Shown here: positions 1 to 9,006 of the stretch, in pieces
How positions within the stretch are numbered: the first letter of the stretch is position 1
Layout of the letters: every line of letters begins with the position of its first letter
From: a virus
Taxonomy: Duplodnaviria; Caudoviricetes
Length of the DNA: 64,000 nucleotides
Strand: one strand, 5' to 3'
Virus record (IMG/VR): IMGVR_UViG_3300021426_000001
Notes under the pieces: model-generated
What the model saw: the letters and a program-made list of their open reading frames with translations, nothing else
Told to the model about the DNA's origin: nothing
The model's database searches: none
Position numbers and translations under genes: made by a program

Positions 1-13
1 TCATCTTCTAAAC

Positions 14-2719
14 TCACTGCGCATAGACGTATCTGAATCTGAGTCTCACGACTGGGATGTCGCGGTCTGAAGTATAGTTCACGATGTTGTTGTTGTCATC
101 CAAGATGTTGTCGTCGAAGATCTGCTTGAGTGCCGGATATACGTAGTTGAAGTTTCTCTTAGCAGTATCGTAAGACACGTCACCGCTCTGGATGGCGTCT
201 CTCAGCATGAAGTAGAAGGACTCTTCGCTGAGGTTCTCGTTGAGGTTGAAGCTGTTAGCGCCGACTCTTCTGAAAGTCTCCTCACGGACGACTTTTCTAG
301 CCACTAGGTCTTCGATCTCTGATTGAAGCTTGCTGTAGTTAGCGAGAATGTCGCTCATCGCGTTAGCCATCTTCGTAGCTTCTTCTACCTTTCCGCTCGC
401 CCTGAGAACAGCTAGCCTCATGAGAAGCTCCTGCATACTCTCTTCAAGCTCGTAGTACTCTGCTGGGAGTCCAGCGTCGAACTCGATCTCGTAGGGAAGC
501 GGAATCGGACGCTCGTCTGTGCTCGTCGTGACAGGTCTTCCAGTGATCCAGTTCTCTACCGCGTAGATTAGCTTAGAGTCAACGCTTGACATGCGGTTCT
601 TTGTGAAGAATGAGTCTTCTTCGAGTACGATGTCGAAGTAGTACCCGTCGTCAACTGTCGGATTGCCGTTGAGCGAGAGATAGACATTGTCTGGATCTAC
701 GCTCACTTCGTCGATTCTGAACTTCTCTTCTCTCTGATTCTCCGACTGGATGATCAGACTTATGTCCTTTCCGACCATGCTCTTCAAGATGTCCCTCATG
801 TCGTTTCCGCGAATGTCTTGCTGCGGGACTATGAGGATGTTCTTGTTCGTCTTGACGTCTCCAGGCTCGAATCTGTAAGTCTTCTCAGTTCCCTTGATGA
901 GCTCAGAGACCTTGATGTCGATGTTAGCTCTCTTTGCGCCAGCGTGCTTCAGGATCTGGTTGTAGATGTCGGACTTGAAGATCTGGGACTTGAAAGTCGT
1001 GTTCTGTGCGAGCCACTTGTACAGGTCGTTCTCTAGCTCATCTTTGAACTTAGAGAGATCTACGTGTCTGTCGACCTGTATGTCGCCGACGCAGTCGTAG
1101 TAGTGGAACAGCGGAGGCATGCTGATGAGCTTCGTGTTGATCATCATTCTGTCTTCTGCGTCTGCTCTCACTTGGAGCGCCCACTGACCGAAAGTGCTAC
1201 GATCGGTGTACTGATCCTGGGTCGTTCCCTTTGGGTATATAAGGAACGACACGTAGTCGAACAGGTGGCTCATGTAAGTGCTGTAGTCGATGTAGAGAGA
1301 TGAGCTCGATAGATCTTCCTTCTCGTCGAACACGTTGACTGGACGGTAGAGACCGTTCGTATCGCGATAGATGTCTGAGAAGAGGCAGTACATGATCAGG
1401 TTCGTTCTGCCAGCGTCGTGCTCTCCGAGCTGATCTTCCATCTGATTTTCGCCGTATGCGATAGCGTGCTTCACGTTGATCGGATCGGTGATAGTGAGAA
1501 GGTAAGACATGAAGTCAGGCAGTGTGATCAGCTTAGCGTTTGATGCGAAGTAGATCTTTGCGTTTCTCTTCATCGCGTCTCTGGCCTCGAAGTCAGTTCC
1601 GCCGTGGATAGAGCTCTCGAAGAGGAATGTCACGTTGTTGCTGATGTTGGTGACTCTGCCCACTCCAGATGCGTATACCTTTCCGACAGTTCTCATCTGT
1701 GATCCGACTGCGTCAGGGTAGTTAGCCTCTGATCCGTCAGTTGTGAAGTACTGAACATAGATGCTCTGATCTGTGCTCGTGAGTCCAGGAGAAGTGTCTA
1801 TTCCGTTTCCGAAGTATAGACGAACCGTCTTGTCGTAGTTCGATCTGATGCAGACGACTGGAAGAGGCGCATCTCCGGGCTTCCTCTTCTTGATATTCTT
1901 GTTGAGCTCGACCGCTTCGTCCTCGATCTCGAACAGATTGTTCTCACAGAAAGCGTCTGCTTGGTCAGTTCCGATTCCGACTTTGCACAGACCGTACAGC
2001 TTGTTGTACTCGCCGTTCTTGAATGCGAACGGATCTCTTATGCCGTAGTAGTTAGAGAACTTCAGATCGTCGATGTCATACCACTGGTACTGCTGTCCGA
2101 CCTTGCTTGAGTAAGTGATTGAGTCGAGGACTTTCACAGTCTTCTTGCCCTGAACGACCCTGATCGTGTGCAGCTTAGAGGTAGCAGCGCTGTTGACCTT
2201 TCCGTCTAGCGTGATGTAGCCCTCTTTCTGAGACTCGTAGCCGTTGACTGCGAATCTGATCTTCTTAGTCCATGACGGATCCTGGCCTCTAGCAACATCG
2301 TCGTCTGTCAGCGTGTAAGAGTAGCACGCGTCGAGCATGTAGTCATGTCCGTTGAAGCTGAACGTGAGACTCTCGTTGTTCAGCCAGATCGTGTCGCCAG
2401 ACTGAACCGTCTTCGGAAGAGGACCTCGAATGTTGAGCGAGATGTCTGCTACTGCTGGAACTGCTCTCTTCGGATTGTAGCCGAGGTTGTGGGACAGCTT
2501 GATGACACTCGAGTCTAGCTTAGCAGTGTCGAGGTAGTTCTCCTCGGCAGTTCTCTGAATGTAGTAGTTCGTCAAGTCCATGACGCCAGAGAACAGCTCC
2601 TGGAAGAAGGAGTATATGCTAGCCTTGCTGAGATTCTTGTATCTCTCGTCTGCTAGAATGCGGTTGTTCCACTCGTCTAGAATGGATTGATGCGTCAATT
2701 TTGTATAGTCCAAGCTCAT
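14..2719 (-). CDS. gp6: Baseplate wedge subunit, T4 gp6-like
   Basis: 901 aa; N-terminal 'ENYLDTAKLDSSVIKLSHNLGYNPKR', 'LYFGNG' and 'LITLPDF' resemble gp6; late promoter TATAAATA just upstream. Confidence 0.8.
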   Translation of the reverse strand: MSLDYTKLTHQSILDEWNNRILADERYKNLSKASIYSFFQELFSGVMDLTNYYIQRTAEENYLDTAKLDSSVIKLSHNLGYNPKRAVPAVADISLNIRGPLPKTVQSGDTIWLNNESLTFSFNGHDYMLDACYSYTLTDDDVARGQDPSWTKKIRFAVNGYESQKEGYITLDGKVNSAATSKLHTIRVVQGKKTVKVLDSITYSSKVGQQYQWYDIDDLKFSNYYGIRDPFAFKNGEYNKLYGLCKVGIGTDQADAFCENNLFEIEDEAVELNKNIKKRKPGDAPLPVVCIRSNYDKTVRLYFGNGIDTSPGLTSTDQSIYVQYFTTDGSEANYPDAVGSQMRTVGKVYASGVGRVTNISNNVTFLFESSIHGGTDFEARDAMKRNAKIYFASNAKLITLPDFMSYLLTITDPINVKHAIAYGENQMEDQLGEHDAGRTNLIMYCLFSDIYRDTNGLYRPVNVFDEKEDLSSSSLYIDYSTYMSHLFDYVSFLIYPKGTTQDQYTDRSTFGQWALQVRADAEDRMMINTKLISMPPLFHYYDCVGDIQVDRHVDLSKFKDELENDLYKWLAQNTTFKSQIFKSDIYNQILKHAGAKRANIDIKVSELIKGTEKTYRFEPGDVKTNKNILIVPQQDIRGNDMRDILKSMVGKDISLIIQSENQREEKFRIDEVSVDPDNVYLSLNGNPTVDDGYYFDIVLEEDSFFTKNRMSSVDSKLIYAVENWITGRPVTTSTDERPIPLPYEIEFDAGLPAEYYELEESMQELLMRLAVLRASGKVEEATKMANAMSDILANYSKLQSEIEDLVARKVVREETFRRVGANSFNLNENLSEESFYFMLRDAIQSGDVSYDTAKRNFNYVYPALKQIFDDNILDDNNNIVNYTSDRDIPVVRLRFRYVYAQ

Positions 2720-2723
2720 ATAG

Positions 2724-2731
2724 TATTTATA
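2724..2731 (-). promoter_or_regulatory. T4-type late promoter, 4 nt before the gp6-like ATG
   Basis: TATAAATA; divergent GATAAATA at 2738-2745 on plus strand. Confidence 0.75.
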
Positions 2732-2769
2732 GAACCGGATAAATAAGCATATCTCAAAGGAGAACTACG

Positions 2770-3678
2770 ATGAGAAAAACTAAAGACGTGACACTGAATA
2801 TCTCTAGCGACGATGTGCTGAAGATGATCGAACACGAGGAGAAGACCATGAAGGTCTCTAGCAAAGGTATGCTGAAGGCGGTCAAGGATTCTCGCGAGCG
2901 CTTTGACAAGTTCGCTAAGAAACTAAAAATCCTCGGACCTGAGGGAGAGGAAGAGTTCAAGCCGTTCACATGGCAGAAGAACCTCGGTCTCGCATTCCAG
3001 CAGGCTTACGAGTCTAAGAAGAAGTATCAGAGAAACTTCGTCGTCGTGAATCCGAGACAGGGCGGAATGACTACCCTTCTGTGCGCATACGCTCTATGGC
3101 TCGCATCTACGAAGCCGTGCAAGAGAGTTGGAATTCTCTGCGGCAGCAACATGCAGGGTGTCGAGAAGATGTTGAGAATCCAAGCGATGTATGACTCTCT
3201 CCCTAACTATCTGAAGAAGCCGATCAAGAAGAGACGCAAAGATCTGCTGGAGTTCACAGACGGAAGCTACATATATGCTACTCACGCCCATAGGAGCGAG
3301 GTGCTCGGAAAGACGCTCGATCTGGTGATTCTGGATGATGCAGCGTTTATCAGGGATCTATATGACTTCTTCAAGTGCTATCTACCGATGCACTCTGCTA
3401 TGTGCGTCAACTCTAAGACGGACAAGCCTCAGATGATCGTGACATCTGCTGCTAAGCCAGGGACTGCCTTCGCAGATCTCTATGGTAAGGCAGTCGGAAA
3501 GAAGTCTCTGTTCAGAAAGGTGCGCATTCCGTGGGACTGCCGTCCCGGCCGAGACAAAGCCTGGAAGGAGAAGATCATCCGCGATTACGGCCAAGCCTTC
3601 TTCGACTTCGAATACGACGGAAAGTTCGCCTCATATTCCGAACCTCCTACTCAGAAATCTGATCCGAAGAAGTCATAG
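2770..3678 (+). CDS. Terminase large-subunit ATPase-domain paralog with degenerate Walker motifs
   Basis: gp17-like motifs 'FKPFTWQ', 'NPRQGGMTT' (Walker A Lys replaced by Met), 'LVILDDAAF', 'IPWDCRPGRDKAWKEK..FFDFEY'; no nuclease domain. Confidence 0.75.
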   Translation: MRKTKDVTLNISSDDVLKMIEHEEKTMKVSSKGMLKAVKDSRERFDKFAKKLKILGPEGEEEFKPFTWQKNLGLAFQQAYESKKKYQRNFVVVNPRQGGMTTLLCAYALWLASTKPCKRVGILCGSNMQGVEKMLRIQAMYDSLPNYLKKPIKKRRKDLLEFTDGSYIYATHAHRSEVLGKTLDLVILDDAAFIRDLYDFFKCYLPMHSAMCVNSKTDKPQMIVTSAAKPGTAFADLYGKAVGKKSLFRKVRIPWDCRPGRDKAWKEKIIRDYGQAFFDFEYDGKFASYSEPPTQKSDPKKS

Positions 3679-4306
3679 TAGACTTCCCAGATCCGTTCGA
3701 CTTCTCGTAACGGAAGTCTCCAATGGTCATTGTCCCTTCCAGGGCAGTGACCTCTTCTTTTGTTATCTTGCGGAGTCCTACCTGCTTCTCGACGTAGAGC
3801 ATGTTGTGGGCGTTCGTCTTGTTGATCTCAGCTTCGAGTCCGAGACGGAAGCAGCGGTTCATAGAGAGCGACATCTGCCATGCTTCTCGTTCTACGAAGT
3901 AGCGAGTGATGTTGTCGCATGGCAGCTTCGGGAGCTTGAGAGTCTCGATGATCGGCAGATCTTTCTGGGTGTATTTTCCGCCGTTGCATGCGAAGTGGAT
4001 GTAGTGGGAGCACTCATGGAGAAAGATCGCTACGTCGTGATCAGATTCGAACTTGAGCACGTTCCTCTGAGTGTCGTAGTAGTTTTTCGAGAGATAGAGG
4101 ATGTTGACGAACTTCTGAGTCGTGAAGAATCCTCCGATCCCTCTGCGATCCAGAACTTCTTGGTCCTGAAATACGATAGAAGCGTACTTGGCAGAGGTGA
4201 TCTTGCCGCGAATGAAGTTCCATGCGATGCTGAACTTCTTGTTCTCTTCAGTGAGTTCGAGCTTTGCGACCTGAATTCTGGTCAAAATGATGCGGTTGTC
4301 TTTCAT
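3647..4306 (-). CDS. Putative zincin-type metallopeptidase
   Basis: 'FLHECSHYIH' (HExxH) plus downstream 'EREAW'; start moved to ATG 4306 behind AAGGGA and an early promoter. Confidence 0.55.
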   Translation of the reverse strand: MKDNRIILTRIQVAKLELTEENKKFSIAWNFIRGKITSAKYASIVFQDQEVLDRRGIGGFFTTQKFVNILYLSKNYYDTQRNVLKFESDHDVAIFLHECSHYIHFACNGGKYTQKDLPIIETLKLPKLPCDNITRYFVEREAWQMSLSMNRCFRLGLEAEINKTNAHNMLYVEKQVGLRKITKEEVTALEGTMTIGDFRYEKSNGSGKSTMTSSDQISE

Positions 4307-4336
4307 GAGTGGTCCCTTGTTCCTGTTTACGCTATC

Positions 4337-4365
4337 AATATAGGATTTTCTCAAGGCTTTGTAAA
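4337..4365 (-). promoter_or_regulatory. Early sigma70-like promoter
   Basis: TTTACA-N17-TATATT on minus strand. Confidence 0.8.
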
Positions 4366-4398
4366 TGGAAAAAATTGAGATTTTCTCAAAAATAGGGG

Positions 4399-4427
4399 TT
4401 TACAAAGTGTCTGGAAAATCCTATATT
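4399..4427 (+). promoter_or_regulatory. Early sigma70-like promoter
   Basis: TTTACA-N17-TATATT upstream of the vWA gene. Confidence 0.85.
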
Positions 4428-4456
4428 CTACTCGTAAAACAACAAAGGACCTAGAA

Positions 4457-6271
4457 ATGGAAATCGAGATCACTCCGGAAAACGTAGAAAAGAAGTTCGC
4501 CAACGCAGTCGACTACTACTGCATCTACATGCCGAACCTCCTCAACTTCTACCAGCTGTTCACACGCCGCGTGAACAACAAGATCGCTTCCATGAGAATC
4601 TGCGTCAAGCGCGACGTCACTCCGGTTCTCGAATACAACGAGAAGTGGGTCTGCGAAATCGACCCGGCTCTCTTCAATCAGGCTCTCGCAATCGATCTCT
4701 ACCGCTTCATCAATCATCACTGCACGCTTCGTGAACTTCAGGGCGCTAACGCTTTCAAGGCTTCCACTGCCGTCTGCAACAGCCCGGAACTTCAACAGTT
4801 CCTCAAGGCTGCTCCGTTCGAACTCGCCGAGATGGCTAGAAAGCTCATCTGGTCTCGCGAAATCATCGAAGAAGAGATCGGAGAGAAGATCTCTGATGAA
4901 GACTGGTATTATGAATCCGTCTTCGAGATCCTCAACCGCAAGTCTCCGCAACAGCAGCAACAGAACCAGAACCAAGACGACAACCAGTCTGGATCTGGTC
5001 AGGAACAGCAGCAACAGTCTGGGTCTTCCGACGATGACAAGAAGGATGACAACAAGGACGGCTCTGGCAAGAACGACCAGAAGGACAAGGACGACAAGTC
5101 CAAGGGCTCTTCTAAGAAGGACAAGGATGGAGAAGAGGGCGACAAGGACTCTGACTCCGACCAACAGGACGGAGACGGTGACGGCGACGAAGAAGACCAA
5201 GACCAGAACTCCAACGGCAAGGACGGAAAGGACAAGGACTCTAACGGGAAAGACGGAAAGGACAAGGACTCTAAGGACCAAGACCAAGAAGGTGACGGCA
5301 AGGGCGACAAGAACCAGAAGTCCGATGGAAAGGACGGAAAGGATGACCAGAACGAGCAGAACAGCCAAAACGGCGGCAAGGACGGTCAGGAGGGAGACGA
5401 AGAAGACGACTCCGACGAACAGGACGGCGAAGGCGATTCTGACTCCAAAGACGGTCAAAACGGCAAAGACGGCGATTCCGACAAGCAGGACGGAAACGGC
5501 GGAAAGAGCCCTCGTGACCAAGAACTCGACGACAACGCCAACGCAGATCCGTCCAAGGCTCCGAACAGCACTGGAAATCCGTTCAAGGACTGGAGCTCTA
5601 ATGGCGACGAAAACACCGAAGAATGGGGCAGAAATCAGGTCGTAGACCAGCTCATTCAGGAAGCTTTTGAACACAGCAAGAGCACTGGCTGGGGCTCTCT
5701 CACCGGTTCCGAGATCTCTCAAATCGAGATCGCCAACCGCAGAAAGATCAGCATCACGCCGATTATCGCTTCTTTCGCTGCCTCTGTCCGCACGAGAAAG
5801 CGCTTCGCAACCCGCATGCGCTACAACAAGCGCTACGGATTGATCTTTCCGGGCTACCGTCTCGACCGCAAGTCCAGAATCCTCTTCGCCATCGACTCTT
5901 CGGGATCTATGAGCGACGAAGACATCAACAAGGGCTGCGCAATTCTGCACAACTTCCTCAAGAAGTGCGACATCGACGTGGCATTCTGGGATGCACAGAT
6001 GATTGACCCGTTCAAGTTCAAGAAGAACATCACGAAGATCGATGCTCCGGGCCGTGGCGGCACTGATCCGCACTGCGTAGGTGAATACCTCGACGAACAT
6101 CAGAAGCTCCACTACGACGGCGTCATCCTCTTCACTGACTGCATCTGGCGCTGGGAAGAGAACAACCTCAAGATGCCTATCTTCATCATCAGCTCGGAAG
6201 AAAAATACCGCGTGCCGAGCTTCGTGAAGCACCATACGACGATCCAGGCTCTCACTCACTGCTTCGACTAA
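4457..6271 (+). CDS. vWA-domain protein (DUF2201-like) with acidic low-complexity linker
   Basis: C-terminal MIDAS 'AIDSSGSM', 'GRGGTD', 'ILFTD'; N-terminal metallopeptidase-like region lacking HExxH; D/G/K/Q/N-rich middle. Confidence 0.8.
   Translation: MEIEITPENVEKKFANAVDYYCIYMPNLLNFYQLFTRRVNNKIASMRICVKRDVTPVLEYNEKWVCEIDPALFNQALAIDLYRFINHHCTLRELQGANAFKASTAVCNSPELQQFLKAAPFELAEMARKLIWSREIIEEEIGEKISDEDWYYESVFEILNRKSPQQQQQNQNQDDNQSGSGQEQQQQSGSSDDDKKDDNKDGSGKNDQKDKDDKSKGSSKKDKDGEEGDKDSDSDQQDGDGDGDEEDQDQNSNGKDGKDKDSNGKDGKDKDSKDQDQEGDGKGDKNQKSDGKDGKDDQNEQNSQNGGKDGQEGDEEDDSDEQDGEGDSDSKDGQNGKDGDSDKQDGNGGKSPRDQELDDNANADPSKAPNSTGNPFKDWSSNGDENTEEWGRNQVVDQLIQEAFEHSKSTGWGSLTGSEISQIEIANRRKISITPIIASFAASVRTRKRFATRMRYNKRYGLIFPGYRLDRKSRILFAIDSSGSMSDEDINKGCAILHNFLKKCDIDVAFWDAQMIDPFKFKKNITKIDAPGRGGTDPHCVGEYLDEHQKLHYDGVILFTDCIWRWEENNLKMPIFIISSEEKYRVPSFVKHHTTIQALTHCFD
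5208..5274 (+). repeat. 30-bp tandem repeat encoding SNGKDGKDKD
   Basis: actccaacggcaaggacggaaaggacaagg followed by actctaacgggaaagacggaaaggacaagg. Confidence 0.85.
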
Positions 6272-6290
6272 CTTCAACCAAGGACAAACT

Positions 6291-6506
6291 ATGAACAAGA
6301 AACTCATCGCACGCTTCATCCACGACTTCGTAGAATCCAAGTACCGCGATCTCATTCCCTACTCTGTCATCGAGAATTCAGTCACTGTGTACCCTGATGG
6401 CAGATTTGGCTTCAACTGTCATGATCTGATGATGAAGTACGGGATAGGCCTAGATCAGTTCAAGAGGGACTTCTCAGACCTGATTCTGATCTTCAACAAG
6501 ACGTAG
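6291..6506 (+). CDS. Hypothetical protein
   Basis: 71 aa, AAGGA RBS, phage-like codon usage. Confidence 0.65.
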   Translation: MNKKLIARFIHDFVESKYRDLIPYSVIENSVTVYPDGRFGFNCHDLMMKYGIGLDQFKRDFSDLILIFNKT

Positions 6507-6540
6507 CGCATAAAAATCCGAGAAAATCTGAAAATCGAGG

Positions 6541-6569
6541 TTTACAAAGAACCTCGATTTTTCTATATT
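6541..6569 (+). promoter_or_regulatory. Early promoter inside a 12-bp inverted repeat
   Basis: TTTACA-N17-TATATT; AAAATCGAGGTT (6531-6542) / AACCTCGATTTT (6550-6561). Confidence 0.8.
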
Positions 6570-6597
6570 GGGAATGTAAAACAAAGGGAATTGAACC

Positions 6598-6903
6598 ATG
6601 AGAAAAGATGAAAAGCTCCACAAAATCTACGTTGCGCTCGAAAACGCACTCAAAGATCTCAATCTTCAGCATCACGGCTATCCGGAAATAGTGAACTTCA
6701 CGGTCTTCCAGACTGGCACTCCAGAGGTCTTCGCATTCTTCCCTAACCTCGGTCTCGTTGAGGCTAAGGTAGCTGCAGGCGAGACTACGGTCGACGAAGT
6801 CATGAGGAACGTCAAGAAGTTCGACGACGAAACCGCAGAATATCTCTTCGAAGTCGCATCCGATCTCTACTTCCACAACACTTTCGTGGGTCTTCCCAAA
6901 TAA
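6598..6903 (+). CDS. Hypothetical early protein
   Basis: 101 aa behind early promoter and AAAGGG RBS. Confidence 0.7.
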   Translation: MRKDEKLHKIYVALENALKDLNLQHHGYPEIVNFTVFQTGTPEVFAFFPNLGLVEAKVAAGETTVDEVMRNVKKFDDETAEYLFEVASDLYFHNTFVGLPK

Positions 6904-6929
6904 AACTCAAAATTTTCTCGATTTTGGGG

Positions 6930-6958
6930 TTTACAATCTGTTGAGAAATTCCTATATT
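6930..6958 (+). promoter_or_regulatory. Early sigma70-like promoter
   Basis: TTTACA-N17-TATATT. Confidence 0.85.
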
Positions 6959-7003
6959 GATAATGTAAAACAAAAGAGCTAACTTCAACAAGGACCATTT
7001 AAA

Positions 7004-8131
7004 ATGCTCGAAAAAGTCTCTATCGCAGAATTTATCGAACTCGCCCTCTGCTGCCCTGATGAACAGGCAATGCTCATTCTCGGCGACTTCGGTATTGGTA
7101 AGACCCAAGTCGTTCAGAAGGTCGGAACTATTCTCGGAATAGACGTCATCGTGTTCGACTGCACTCACCTCAATGACCCTGGCGACATTCTCGGTCTTCC
7201 GTCCATCATCAACGGTCGCACCATCTTCAACCCGACTTACTGGTATCATCCTGAAAAGCCGGTGCTGCTCTTCTTCGACGAAGTATTCCGTGCTACTCCG
7301 GAAGTTCGCGCTGCTCTCATGACTCTCTGCTTGGACCAGACAATTGGCGACAAGAAGCTCGCTCCTGGCTCTCGCGTCTTCGCTGCTGCTAACCCGCCGG
7401 GATTCCACGGCTACGAAGGTGAAATTCCTGACCCGGCTCAGCTCTCCCGCTACGCTCCGTACTGGCTTGATCCGACCTTCAACGAATGGTACGAATACGC
7501 TAAGGAAGCTAAGGTTCACCCAGCTATCCTCGAATACTTGAACAACAACAAGAAGGACCTCGACGCTTACTCCGCTGCTAGCGACATGAACGTCGCAGCC
7601 GACGACGGCAACGGCGCCGACCTCAAGATCCTCCAGTGCCGTCGTTCTTGGTTCAAGGCTTCCGACAACCTCTACAAGGCCGAGAAGGTCAAGAAGGTCA
7701 AGAAGCTCGACCGAAACCTCGTGATCCGCATCATGAGCGGCTACATCCCGGCTACGATGGCTGTGAAGTTCGCTCAGACCTACATGAACACTTCCACTTC
7801 GAGCCTCAACGCCGAAGACGTCCTCAACGACTGGAAGAAGGTCAAACCGGCCGATGGCGCTAAGCTGGATGTGCCGACCGCTGCAAAGCTCGCTGGCGAC
7901 ATCAAGCTCATCGTCAAGGAAACGATGAAGGAAAAGGGATCTATCCCGAAGAAGTGGAAGAACAACTTCTCTGGCTTCATTCAGGAAGGTCTCTCGAAGG
8001 AATCCCAAGTCGCTGTCATTAACAACCTGATCTTCCAGGACATGACGAACAACGAAGACTGGGTCTTCTGGATCTCCGACGACGAACTCCAGTCGTTCTT
8101 CGAAACCACGGTGGCCTCCAAGGTCGCCTAA
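7004..8131 (+). CDS. MoxR-family AAA+ ATPase
   Basis: Walker A GDFGIGKT, 'DILGLP', Walker B LFFDEVFRA, 'AAANP', 'DPAQLSRY'; near the vWA gene. Confidence 0.85.
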   Translation: MLEKVSIAEFIELALCCPDEQAMLILGDFGIGKTQVVQKVGTILGIDVIVFDCTHLNDPGDILGLPSIINGRTIFNPTYWYHPEKPVLLFFDEVFRATPEVRAALMTLCLDQTIGDKKLAPGSRVFAAANPPGFHGYEGEIPDPAQLSRYAPYWLDPTFNEWYEYAKEAKVHPAILEYLNNNKKDLDAYSAASDMNVAADDGNGADLKILQCRRSWFKASDNLYKAEKVKKVKKLDRNLVIRIMSGYIPATMAVKFAQTYMNTSTSSLNAEDVLNDWKKVKPADGAKLDVPTAAKLAGDIKLIVKETMKEKGSIPKKWKNNFSGFIQEGLSKESQVAVINNLIFQDMTNNEDWVFWISDDELQSFFETTVASKVA

Positions 8132-8144
8132 CATTAAAATTCTC

Positions 8145-8201
8145 GGACCCTCACCCTTTCCTTATGGTCCTTTGTTTTACACTGGGTGAGGGTCCTTTCT
8201 T
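8145..8201 (+). terminator. Terminator-like 12-bp stem with a 27-nt loop antisense to early leaders (candidate regulatory RNA)
   Basis: GGACCCTCACCC / GGGTGAGGGTCC then TTTCTT; loop TTTCCTTATGGTCCTTTGTTTTACACT. Confidence 0.7.
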
Positions 8202-8202
8202 G

Positions 8203-8210
8203 TATAAATA
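8203..8210 (+). promoter_or_regulatory. T4-type late promoter
   Basis: TATAAATA upstream of 8227. Confidence 0.75.
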
Positions 8211-8226
8211 AAGAGAGGTTTAAATT

Positions 8227-8991
8227 ATGTCAATGGATATTGAAAAAGCGCTTAACATACTCTCTGAGTCTCACATCATCTTGGAGAGAAAGAAGGTCTC
8301 TGAGATGACTCCTGAAGAGTACGAGAGAGATCTCGCAGCGAGAAGAAAGAGAAGAGAGCTTAGAAAGCAGAGAGCTGCTAACGCTTCGCCTGCTCAGCAG
8401 CCTGAGAAACCGAAACAGGCTGAGCCGAGAGAAACTCCGAAGCCGACTGGAAAGTGGTACGTGATCGGAAGGAGATCTCCGATTCCAGAGACACTAGAAG
8501 AAAAGGGACTCGTGAAGAAGCTCGCTACTAATGAGGACCTAGATGCATTCTTGAGATACAAGGGCGGTCTGAAGATGGGCCCGTTCGGCACTAAGGAAGA
8601 GGCTGTGGCTGCAGCGAGAAGCTCAGTGAAGAATCTAGTGAACTATTACAGAGATAGAATCTCCAAGAAGGTAAAAGAGAATCCAGACTACTTGACTGAG
8701 TACTCTCAGGACAATTCCTACGTCAATTCTAAGCTATACGTAGTAGACTTCTCCGAGAAGAACCGCAAATGGTCTAGCGGTAGAAGAGGTCCGGGCGACT
8801 CTGGCTGGTGGTACAACTCAGACGATGAGGCTTCTGACAATTTGAACAGACCAGCTAAGAAGTTCAACGACGACCTCACGAAGCTCATAGAGGATGCACT
8901 AGAGGCTAAGCGTGAGCGTCAGAGACGCAGCAGCTACTCTTCATGGGATCCGAACTCTCCGACCTACAGAAACGTCTTCGCTCATCATTAA
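8227..8991 (+). CDS. Hypothetical late protein, possible internal head protein; paralog of 9007
   Basis: Late promoter; N-terminal ~43 aa shared with next gene; LSE/ILE protease-site-like motifs. Confidence 0.7.
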   Translation: MSMDIEKALNILSESHIILERKKVSEMTPEEYERDLAARRKRRELRKQRAANASPAQQPEKPKQAEPRETPKPTGKWYVIGRRSPIPETLEEKGLVKKLATNEDLDAFLRYKGGLKMGPFGTKEEAVAAARSSVKNLVNYYRDRISKKVKENPDYLTEYSQDNSYVNSKLYVVDFSEKNRKWSSGRRGPGDSGWWYNSDDEASDNLNRPAKKFNDDLTKLIEDALEAKRERQRRSSYSSWDPNSPTYRNVFAHH

Positions 8992-9006
8992 GAAGGAGAT
9001 TTGAAC

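Noticed and set aside
4940-5600. Repetitive purine-rich tract as CRISPR array or mobile repeat
   Set aside because: In-frame low-complexity coding linker with no repeat-spacer pattern
4451-6355. 634-aa antisense ORF and other long overlapping ORFs (4731-5645, 6812-8134, 3482-4378, 12875-13726, 37136-37795)
   Set aside because: Shadows of real genes caused by codon bias and low complexity; they lack RBS, promoter and motifs, while the overlapping frame has clear family motifs
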